From: an uncultured bacterium
GTDB lineage: Bacteria; Fidelibacterota; Marinisomatia; SCGC-AAA003-L08; D37C17
Assembly (NCBI GenBank): GCA_964400495.1
Contig: CAYNTS010000003.1
Span: forward strand, 9,750-41,749
Reading direction: 5' to 3'
DNA: 32,000 bases
In this document: positions 18,323-25,973 of the stretch, piece by piece
Layout: every line of letters begins with the position of its first letter
Numbering within the stretch: the first letter of the stretch is position 1
The notes under the pieces: generated by a model
Databases searched by the model: none
Told to the model about the DNA's origin: nothing
Seen by the model: only the letters and a program-made list of their open reading frames with translations
Translations under genes and position numbers: made by a program

Positions 18323-18928
18323 ATGACACACAAAAAAACGATTAGACATTATTTAGGAACCGGACTTTTGTCTATTATTCCATTGGCAGTAACCTATTGG
18401 ATTGTAGAAAAATTATTTAACTTTTTTGCAAAACCCGGTGCATCCATAGTAAGTGCAGTTTTTGGTGATAATACCTATCCATATATTCCTGAGCTAACAG
18501 GTTTTATTCTAACTCTTCTATTTATAATGTTTGCTGGACTAATTGTCTCAAATGTACTAGGTAAACAATTATATATTTGGTTAGAAAATATTTTATCTAG
18601 AATTCCAATTGTAAATTCTGTTTATAAAACGATAAAAGGAATTACAGTTTCAATTTCAGATAATAATAAGCAAGCATTTAAAAAAGTGGTATTTGTGCAA
18701 TATCCTCGTAAAGGGTTATGGTCGATTGCCATGGTAACTGGTGAATCAAAAGATGCAGACAATAATGAATATTATCATGTTGTTGTTGTTACGACTCCAA
18801 ACCCAACTTCTGGATACCTCCTCTATGTTCTAAAAGAAGAGACAACAGAAACTTCTATGTCAGTTGAAGAAGGTTTAAAAATTGTAATTTCGGGTGGATT
18901 ACTTGCCCCAAGTGTGAATGAGATATGA
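18323..18928 (+). CDS. DUF502 family membrane protein
   Basis: Two N-terminal TM helices, then a conserved-looking IPIVNSVYKTIK segment and a soluble C-terminal domain, laid out as in DUF502 proteins. GGAG SD lies 7-8 nt upstream. Confidence 0.65.
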   Translation: MTHKKTIRHYLGTGLLSIIPLAVTYWIVEKLFNFFAKPGASIVSAVFGDNTYPYIPELTGFILTLLFIMFAGLIVSNVLGKQLYIWLENILSRIPIVNSVYKTIKGITVSISDNNKQAFKKVVFVQYPRKGLWSIAMVTGESKDADNNEYYHVVVVTTPNPTSGYLLYVLKEETTETSMSVEEGLKIVISGGLLAPSVNEI

Positions 18929-18955
18929 TTCTAATTATTGTGAAGAACCATAAAA

Positions 18956-18980
18956 ATAGCCACTGGTATCCAGTGGCTAT
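18956..18980 (-). terminator. Rho-independent terminator (perfect 11-bp stem, 3-nt loop), best on the minus strand and possibly bidirectional
   Basis: ATAGCCACTGG-tat-CCAGTGGCTAT. On the minus strand the stem runs into TTTTT (plus-strand A-run 18952-18956). On the plus strand it is followed only by GCTATTT. It sits between the convergent DUF502 gene (+) and lon/tRNA-Val (-). Confidence 0.65.
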
Positions 18981-19047
18981 GCTATTTAACAGGAGTTCTT
19001 GCCTGTTTTGCCTGTCCGCCCCACATGACTAGGGGTGACTGGCAGGG

Positions 19048-19122
19048 TGGGCGATGAGAGACTCGAACTCCCGACTTCCTCCTTGTAAGGGAGGCACTCT
19101 GAACCAACTGAGTTAATCGCCC
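19048..19122 (-). tRNA. tRNA-Val (anticodon UAC)
   Basis: Reverse complement: GGGCGAT TA ACTC AGTTGGTTCA GAGT G CCTCC CTTACAA GGAGG AAGTC GGGAG TTCGAGT CTCTC ATCGCCC A. It folds as a full cloverleaf: 7-bp acceptor, 4-bp D stem, 5-bp anticodon stem, T-loop TTCGAGT, and one G-U pair in the T stem. The anticodon loop CT-TAC-AA gives TAC. CCA is not encoded (the next bases are CCC). Confidence 0.93.
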
Positions 19123-19139
19123 TAAATCAGCAAACTTAA

Positions 19140-21509
19140 TTATCTGCTGAGTGCCAATTTTATTACATCTTCTACTTCATTTACAAAAGTAATTTTTAAA
19201 TCTTTTTTCACTTGTTCAGGTATTTCTTCTAAATCTTTTTCATTGTGCTTTGGAACAATTATATGATTTAAACCAGATCGTAATGCTGCAGTTGATTTTT
19301 CTTTGAGCCCACCAATTGGTAATACATTTCCACGAAGTGATATTTCACCTGTCATACCAAGTTTTTCTTTCACCGGAATATCAGTAAGCAGTGAAACCAT
19401 TGCGGTAATCATTGCAATCCCAGCTGATGGTCCATCTTTAGGTATTGCTCCTGCAGGTACATGCACATGAATATCATATTTTTTATAGAAATCTGGGTCA
19501 ATTTCAAACTGGCTCGCATTGGTTCTAACAAAAGAAAATGCAGCCTGGGCAGACTCTTTCATTACATCACCCAATTTGCCTGTAAGTTTAAGTCCGCCTT
19601 TACCAGGCATTTTAGATGCCTCAATAAATAGTATATCACCTCCAAATGCTGTCCACGCCAAACCTACAACAACACCAGGTTTATTACATCTTTCAGCAAT
19701 TTCAGAGAAAAATTTTCGTGCACCTAAATATTCTTCAACTTTATTGGGTGTAATTTTGACGGATTTACATTTATTAGTTGCAATATCTAACGCAGTTTTT
19801 CTACAAACATTAGCAACTTGCCGTTCTAAATTACGAACGCCTGCTTCTCTAGTATATGATTCCACAAGTTTTAAAATTGCTTCATCAGTAAACTTGATCT
19901 CAGATTTTTTCAATCCATGTTCTTTTATTTGTTTTGGTATTAGATGTCGATTTGCAATTTGTATTTTTTCTTCGTGAATATATCCAGTAAAATCTAAAAT
20001 TTCCATTCTATCTCTTAATGGACCAGGAATACGATCAATTTGATTTGCAGTTGTAATAAACATTACGTTAGATAAGTCAAAATCAACCTCCAAATAATGG
20101 TCATTAAATGCAAAATTTTGCTCAGGGTCTAATACTTCTAACAATGCACTAGATGGGTCACCTCTAAAATCCATTCCAAGTTTGTCAATTTCATCTAACA
20201 TAAATATAGGATTATTGGTACCTGCTTTTTTCAAACTTGATATAATTCGACCAGGTAGTGCACCAATATAGGTACGTCTATGGCCACGAATTTCTGCTTC
20301 ATCACGCACTCCACCTAATGAAATCCGTACAAATTCTCTTCCCATTGATTTTGCAATAGATTTTCCAATTGATGTTTTTCCAGTTCCCGGTGGTCCTCCA
20401 AAACATAAAATAGGAGTTTTTAATATTTCACCTTTTTTACTACGTGAAAGCTTAAGATTTCGAACAGCTAAATGTTCAATAATTCGTTCTTTCACTTTTT
20501 CTAAACCATAATGGTCTTCATCTAGCACCTCTTGTGCATACTCAATTTTCTCATTATCCTTAGATTGTTTGCTCCAAGGTAGTTCAACTAACCAGTCTAG
20601 ATAAGTACGTGATACGGTATATTCTGGTGATTGCGAAGGAATCTTTTGCATTCTACTAAGTTCCTTTTTTGCAACCTTATCAACATCCTGAGGCATTTTT
20701 GCCTTAATAATTTTATCTTCAATTTCATTTATCTCAACACTAGATTCATCTTCGCCCAGTTCTTTACGGATGGCTTTCATTTGTTCTCTTAGAAAATATT
20801 CACGTTGTGATTTCGAAATTTCATCTTGTACATCCGATTGAATTTTTTCACCAAGTTCAATGCGTTGGATTTCACGATTAATCAATACAGTTGATTTATC
20901 TACTCGTTCTTTTAAATCTAATTCCTCAAGTATTTCTTGTTTTTCTGTGGTGGGGATATTCATGAGTGAAATAGCTTTGTCAGCAATACGTCCGGGATGT
21001 TTTATATTGGTGAGAGCAGACGCCTGCTCTTCGGAAAGATATGGTGCTATTTCAATAAGTTTACTATAAATATTTTTTATATTCATAGTTCCTGCTTCAA
21101 GTTCTTCAGACGATTCTTCAATATTATGTGAGTTTTTTTGTACCAATCCTTTAAAATAGGGTTGGTGATCAATATAATTTACTATTTTTACACGTTCTAT
21201 ACCTTGTACGATTGCAGATTTGGAATTGTCGGGCATATCAAAGGTTTTCATTACAGTTGCCAATACCCCCCAAGAATATAAATCTGTATCTTTTGGATTT
21301 TCAATAGAACCATCCTTCTGTGCAACTACTACAATGTACTTTTTACCTTTCTTGGGTAAATCATCAATTAATTTTAATGATTGCTCACGTCCAACATAAA
21401 TTGGAATTATTTGTTGAGGAAATAAAACGGTATTCCTTAGTGGAAGAATAGGATACTGCTCTAGTACGTTTTCATCTTGACTCATTGATTTTTCTTTATT
21501 TTCTGCCAT
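19140..21509 (-). CDS. lon: ATP-dependent Lon protease
   Basis: N-terminal LON domain (YPILPLRNTVLFP). Walker A GPPGTGKTS. Protease-domain catalytic serine motif PKDGPSAG. 789 aa. GGAG SD lies 7 nt upstream. Confidence 0.97.
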   Translation of the reverse strand: MAENKEKSMSQDENVLEQYPILPLRNTVLFPQQIIPIYVGREQSLKLIDDLPKKGKKYIVVVAQKDGSIENPKDTDLYSWGVLATVMKTFDMPDNSKSAIVQGIERVKIVNYIDHQPYFKGLVQKNSHNIEESSEELEAGTMNIKNIYSKLIEIAPYLSEEQASALTNIKHPGRIADKAISLMNIPTTEKQEILEELDLKERVDKSTVLINREIQRIELGEKIQSDVQDEISKSQREYFLREQMKAIRKELGEDESSVEINEIEDKIIKAKMPQDVDKVAKKELSRMQKIPSQSPEYTVSRTYLDWLVELPWSKQSKDNEKIEYAQEVLDEDHYGLEKVKERIIEHLAVRNLKLSRSKKGEILKTPILCFGGPPGTGKTSIGKSIAKSMGREFVRISLGGVRDEAEIRGHRRTYIGALPGRIISSLKKAGTNNPIFMLDEIDKLGMDFRGDPSSALLEVLDPEQNFAFNDHYLEVDFDLSNVMFITTANQIDRIPGPLRDRMEILDFTGYIHEEKIQIANRHLIPKQIKEHGLKKSEIKFTDEAILKLVESYTREAGVRNLERQVANVCRKTALDIATNKCKSVKITPNKVEEYLGARKFFSEIAERCNKPGVVVGLAWTAFGGDILFIEASKMPGKGGLKLTGKLGDVMKESAQAAFSFVRTNASQFEIDPDFYKKYDIHVHVPAGAIPKDGPSAGIAMITAMVSLLTDIPVKEKLGMTGEISLRGNVLPIGGLKEKSTAALRSGLNHIIVPKHNEKDLEEIPEQVKKDLKITFVNEVEDVIKLALSR

Positions 21510-21544
21510 TATTACTCCAATATTAACTTATAATTTTTAAATGT

Positions 21545-21560
21545 GGCAAATACTATGCCA
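21545..21560 (-). promoter_or_regulatory. Sigma54-like -24/-12 element (TGGCAT-N5-TTGCC), also an operator-like palindrome, upstream of lon
   Basis: The minus strand reads TGGCATAGTATTTGCC. GG and GC are spaced exactly as in the TGGCACG-N4-TTGCW consensus, and the TGGCA and TTGC cores both match. The -12 element is ~37 nt upstream of the lon ATG. The same bases form the palindrome TGGCA-N7-TGCCA. Confidence 0.3.
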
Positions 21561-21586
21561 TCAAAATAATCTCTGACTAATCGAAA

Positions 21587-22660
21587 TTAATCTGTACTTA
21601 TGTCATATTTAGGTCGAGTAGATTCAATTTCTTGAACTAATTTTAAGACATCCACGGTTACTTTTTCATCAGCAATTGGCATCATATTTCCAGCAACGAG
21701 TGGAAAATATCCATCTTCAAGTTGTTGGTCGTATAACCAATTTACCATTTTACGTACACGCATATCCTCGGGAGTGAAACCACATTTGATAACACCTTGT
21801 AATACTTTTAATGTACCGCCTGTAAACATTCCGTCATTAGTCCCAGAAGTACCCAATTTATCCCAATTATCTTGAGCTGACATTAATGTTGAATTGTTTT
21901 CTTGCAAAATCCGGTTTAATAAAAATTCTGATGCTTTTAATGCATGTTTTTTAAACATTTTTTGCCGAGAAGATAGGAGCAATAAAACTTCAGCTGTTGT
22001 CCAAATACAAGACGGTTCATTGTCATATTGTTTGCCTTTTGCTACAGAAGATCGATGTAGCCATCCACCATCTTCACGTTGCCTATTTGCAATCCAAGTA
22101 ATAGATTTATCAAGTAATCGATTTCCTCCCATTCCAAATTTTAAAATTAAATTGCATGCATGTGCATGATGGTGATAGAGTAAGGGAAAGCGTCCATCAT
22201 CCGCTTGGAATTTCATGAGATGAATAATTAAATCTCTAACTGGTGGGAAAAATTTAGTCCCTCCTAATTCATATATTTTATGAGTAATTTTCAATAAATC
22301 CAAAAATGCAAGTGAGCTTCGTTTTTCGTCATCGCATTTCTTAATTGATTCTACAAAATCATTTTTTAAAAGGCGTTGGAGTGCCCGTTGAAGAAATACA
22401 CGTTTTTCCCCCTCACGAAATAAACGATGGTGTTTCTCTAATTTATAAATATCTTTTATCATACTGAATGCAGTAATTGGGCTTCCTTTTCGTATGAGTT
22501 TTGAAAAAGGATTATGTTCCAAAACATTGACCCAGTTAGGAGTAACCTCAACTGATTTCAACATGCGAATTTGAAATGAATCTTCTCGTTTTACAAAATT
22601 CTTTTGCCGATTGTTGGATTTATAAGGTTGTTTTCTGTGCTCTGTCTTTCGTTTTTCCAT
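21587..22660 (-). CDS. Uncharacterised cytoplasmic protein with prenyltransferase/terpene-cyclase-like (alpha/alpha toroid) repeats
   Basis: Three copies of the h-x3-Q-x-(D/E)DG-x-(F/W) repeat: HLMKFQADDGRFP, WIANRQREDGGWL, WLYDQQLEDGYFP. Basic N-terminus with 10 K/R in the first 25 aa. No signal peptide or TM. His/Cys cluster YHHHAHAC. The start codon shares a base with the lipA stop. Confidence 0.5.
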   Translation of the reverse strand: MEKRKTEHRKQPYKSNNRQKNFVKREDSFQIRMLKSVEVTPNWVNVLEHNPFSKLIRKGSPITAFSMIKDIYKLEKHHRLFREGEKRVFLQRALQRLLKNDFVESIKKCDDEKRSSLAFLDLLKITHKIYELGGTKFFPPVRDLIIHLMKFQADDGRFPLLYHHHAHACNLILKFGMGGNRLLDKSITWIANRQREDGGWLHRSSVAKGKQYDNEPSCIWTTAEVLLLLSSRQKMFKKHALKASEFLLNRILQENNSTLMSAQDNWDKLGTSGTNDGMFTGGTLKVLQGVIKCGFTPEDMRVRKMVNWLYDQQLEDGYFPLVAGNMMPIADEKVTVDVLKLVQEIESTRPKYDISTD

Positions 22661-23544
22661 TATAATTTCTTTCTATATAAATTTACTTGGTCATCTGCAT
22701 GATACGATGAACGAACGAGTGGTCCCGATTCAACAACTTTAAATCCCATTTCAAGTCCTTTATTATGATACATTTTAAAAATACCAGGGTGCACAAATCG
22801 TTGCACAGGCAGTTGTTGTTTGGTGGGTTGTAAATATTGACCGATATTGAAAATTTCAACACCTAAATTCGCAAATTCACACATTGTATCTAAAACTTCA
22901 TCATCAGTTTCACCTAGTCCCACCATTATTCCAGTTTTTGTAACCAATCCAAAATTGATAGAAGCTTCCAAAACAGATTTAGTTCGATTCCAATTAGATT
23001 GAGGTCTAATTCCTTTTGAAATACGTTCTACGCATTCCACATTATGAGAAAAGATGTCTGGGTTTGCTTGAAATAGAGACAATAAAGCGCCATGATTATT
23101 ATTAAAATCTGGTGTTAATACTTCAATTGAAATAGTTGAATTTATGTTTCTAATTTCTTTAATAGTTTGTACCCAAATTGAAGCACCAAAATCTGTTTTA
23201 ATATCATCTCTATCAACAGATGTAATCACAACATGTTTTAACTGCATTGACTTCACAGCTTCGGCAACTCGTTGTGGTTCATCTAAATCAATTGTTTTGG
23301 GTTTACCTGTTTTAACCGAACAAAATCCGCATGCTCTTGTGCAAGTATTTCCCAAAATCATGATGGTTGCAGTCTGTCTGTTCCAACATTCATAAATATT
23401 AGGACATTTTGCTTCAGCACAAACGGTATTTAAATTACTTTTTGTGATAAGATCGCGTGTTTGTGAATACGATTGACCAGTATCCAATTTGATTTTTAAC
23501 CAATTTGGTTTTCGAAATTGTTTTTGAGAAGTGGAAATTTCCAT
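22660..23544 (-). CDS. lipA: Lipoyl synthase
   Basis: Auxiliary cluster motif CAEAKCPNIYECW and radical-SAM motif CTRACGFCSV. 294 aa. Confidence 0.96.
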   Translation of the reverse strand: MEISTSQKQFRKPNWLKIKLDTGQSYSQTRDLITKSNLNTVCAEAKCPNIYECWNRQTATIMILGNTCTRACGFCSVKTGKPKTIDLDEPQRVAEAVKSMQLKHVVITSVDRDDIKTDFGASIWVQTIKEIRNINSTISIEVLTPDFNNNHGALLSLFQANPDIFSHNVECVERISKGIRPQSNWNRTKSVLEASINFGLVTKTGIMVGLGETDDEVLDTMCEFANLGVEIFNIGQYLQPTKQQLPVQRFVHPGIFKMYHNKGLEMGFKVVESGPLVRSSYHADDQVNLYRKKL

Positions 23545-23547
23545 TAT

Positions 23548-24798
23548 TTAAAGACTCAATCTCTTTTCATCAAATGATTCCAATAATTCAGCAACTTTGG
23601 ATAAAAATAGTGTGCCATAAGCACCATCAATTAGCCGGTGATCATAACCTAGAGTTATATACATCATACTTCTAATTGCAACAATATCTCCAAACTCAGT
23701 TTCCTTAACTACAGGGCGTTTATGTATTGAGCCTACACTTAATATTGCTACATTAGGTTGGTTAATAATTCCCATTCCAAAGAGACTACCAAACACACCA
23801 GGATTTGTAACAGTAAATGTAGAACCAAAAATTTCATCTGGTTCCAATTTATTTATGCGTGCACGAGATGCCAATTCTGCAGTTGAACGTGCCAACCCTA
23901 AAAAGTTTTTTTCTTCAGATGCTTTAATTACAGGCACAATTAAATTATTATCAGTAAGTGCAACTGCAACTCCCATATTAATATTCCTATGATGGATAAT
24001 ATTGTTCCCATCTAGAGAAGCATTAATAAGCGGGAATTCCCGAATTGCAGAAATACAGGCATCTAAAATCATTGGTGTATATGTAAGTTTGACCCTATGT
24101 TTTTCTGCATATTTATCTTTCCAATTTTTCCTAGCATTTACAAGTGCTGTAACATCTACCTCAGAAATTGAATAAACATGCGGAGATGTTTTGACCGAAT
24201 TTACCATGTGCTCTGCAATTTTTGAACGAACACGATCCATTGGTTCTATTTTTTCAGACAATGATTTAATCGAGGTAGGGGGATGTGTTGTAATTGTTTC
24301 AGATTGTGTGTTTCTACTATCTAAAAATTGCAGAATATCTTTTTTAGTTACTCTACCAAAATTACCTGTTCCTACTATCGAACAAAGCTCTAAGTCTGAA
24401 ATATTTTCTTTTTTTGCAATTGATTTCACTAAAGGTGAATAAAATTGACGCTCACCAATAGCTTCTGTTGGTTTTGTGACACTTTCTTCAACATTGATTT
24501 TATCTCCATTTCCAATGTCTTTTATATTTTCAGCATTGTTGGGTTTTTCTAATATTTCTCCTTTTTCACCAATTCTTGCAATCACATTTCCAACTTCAAC
24601 AACATCATTTACATTAGCAACACACTCTAACAATATTCCTTCAGCCGGGGAAGGTACTTCTGAATCAACCTTATCCGTTGAAATTTCAAGCAATGTTTCA
24701 TCTTTTGCAATTAAATCACCAATATTTTTCTTCCACTCTAATATTGTCCCTTCAGTGATAGACTCTCCCATCTTGGGCATTATTACATCAATAGCCAT
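23548..24798 (-). CDS. 2-oxo acid dehydrogenase E2 (dihydrolipoyl acyltransferase), single lipoyl domain; likely branched-chain type
   Basis: N-terminal lipoyl domain with EISTDKVDSEVPSP. A peripheral subunit-binding segment (SPLVKSIAKKENI). C-terminal catalytic domain with the DHRLIDGA active-site motif. AAGGGGA SD upstream. Substrate specificity is inferred only from size and context. Confidence 0.9.
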   Translation of the reverse strand: MAIDVIMPKMGESITEGTILEWKKNIGDLIAKDETLLEISTDKVDSEVPSPAEGILLECVANVNDVVEVGNVIARIGEKGEILEKPNNAENIKDIGNGDKINVEESVTKPTEAIGERQFYSPLVKSIAKKENISDLELCSIVGTGNFGRVTKKDILQFLDSRNTQSETITTHPPTSIKSLSEKIEPMDRVRSKIAEHMVNSVKTSPHVYSISEVDVTALVNARKNWKDKYAEKHRVKLTYTPMILDACISAIREFPLINASLDGNNIIHHRNINMGVAVALTDNNLIVPVIKASEEKNFLGLARSTAELASRARINKLEPDEIFGSTFTVTNPGVFGSLFGMGIINQPNVAILSVGSIHKRPVVKETEFGDIVAIRSMMYITLGYDHRLIDGAYGTLFLSKVAELLESFDEKRLSL

Positions 24799-24808
24799 AT
24801 TTCCCCTT

Positions 24809-25972
24809 TTATGTCCTTTGAGTTTTAAATTTCATATTTATTGTACTACTTGAATATGATTTATGTAGTGCATTATTAATTTCATCTTTTAATGAATCTG
24901 CATTACTATTTTCAATAGTTAATGGAATTTCAAACAATATAGATTCAATTTTATTTTGTCCAACAATTCGTAAATCTTGAACTTCTTTGTTTATATTATA
25001 TTTTGTGAGAGTTTCATTTATTATGTTGCGAATAGTCAATACTTCATTGCCATCTGTTGTTACTGGATCGGTATGTGTTACGACATCTGCGTGGAGGTGT
25101 TTTGCTAGATGGTGCTCAACAGCATCTGCAATTTGATGCATCTTTTCAGCCGTATGATTTTCCGATACTTCAACGTGTAATGAAATATATTTATGTATTC
25201 CATAACTATGAACAACTATATCGTGAATATTATACACTCCTTCAATTTCACTTGCAAGAGATTGAATTTCATTAATAGTTTTCTTTGAAACTGATTTGCC
25301 TAACAAATCATCAATAGCATTTCTGGAAATTTTATATGCAAAAACTAACATCATAATTGCAATTACAACTCCCATTAAAGAATCTAAAATAGGAAATCCT
25401 ATGTTTGTGGCAAAAAGGCTAACTAAAACTAAAACTGAGGAAAGCATATCTGACCTATGGTGGATTGCATCGCCTTTTAATGTATCAGAATCAATTATGG
25501 CACCCATATCCAAACACACTCGAGCCAAAATTTCTTTAACAAATATTGTAAATACAATCACAATTAATAATGGTTGTGAAATAAATATATCTGATGGATT
25601 TACAATACGTTCAATAGATGCTTTAATAAATTCAAACCCAACAATTCCTATAAACATAGCAATTGTCAATGTTGCAATAGTTTCTGCACGCCCATGCCCA
25701 AAGGGGTGTTCTTTATCAGGTGGTTTTTGTGAAATTTTAAATCCAAAAATAACGACAATGCTTGATGCAATATCCGAGAGAGTATGAAACGCATCTGCCA
25801 TGAGTGAGATACTATTTGATGCCAATCCAAACCAAAATTTGATAAAGAATAACAAAATATTATTTCCGATTGAAAAATATCCATTCTTAATTCCAGCCAA
25901 TGCACGGTGTTCTAGATTAGTTGGTTTAAAATCGTTGGGTAAGAATATTTTTATGAATAACTTTGCAAGCAT
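24809..25972 (-). CDS. Cation diffusion facilitator (CDF) family divalent-metal transporter
   Basis: TM2 motif SLMADAFHTLSDIAS and TM5 motif AIHHRSDMLSS (the CDF metal site A residues H/D-x3-D). Six predicted TMs plus a C-terminal cytoplasmic domain. 387 aa. Confidence 0.88.
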   Translation of the reverse strand: MLAKLFIKIFLPNDFKPTNLEHRALAGIKNGYFSIGNNILLFFIKFWFGLASNSISLMADAFHTLSDIASSIVVIFGFKISQKPPDKEHPFGHGRAETIATLTIAMFIGIVGFEFIKASIERIVNPSDIFISQPLLIVIVFTIFVKEILARVCLDMGAIIDSDTLKGDAIHHRSDMLSSVLVLVSLFATNIGFPILDSLMGVVIAIMMLVFAYKISRNAIDDLLGKSVSKKTINEIQSLASEIEGVYNIHDIVVHSYGIHKYISLHVEVSENHTAEKMHQIADAVEHHLAKHLHADVVTHTDPVTTDGNEVLTIRNIINETLTKYNINKEVQDLRIVGQNKIESILFEIPLTIENSNADSLKDEINNALHKSYSSSTINMKFKTQRT

Positions 25973-25973
25973 A

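Noticed and set aside
18929-19139. Convergent strand switch here and divergent switch at 30660-30849 as replication terminus and origin
   Set aside because: The two switches are only 11.6 kb apart, so they cannot be ter and ori. They simply delimit one minus-strand operon block.
25296-25787. 163-aa plus-strand ORF, with similar antisense ORFs at 19519-19977, 24191-24442, 24476-24853, 26962-27327, 23144-23395, 21894-22169 and 28922-29189
   Set aside because: All lie antisense inside genes with unambiguous family signatures (CDF, lon, E2, E1, lipA, lpdA). They lack SD sequences and recognisable motifs. Long antisense ORFs of this kind occur by chance opposite genuine genes.
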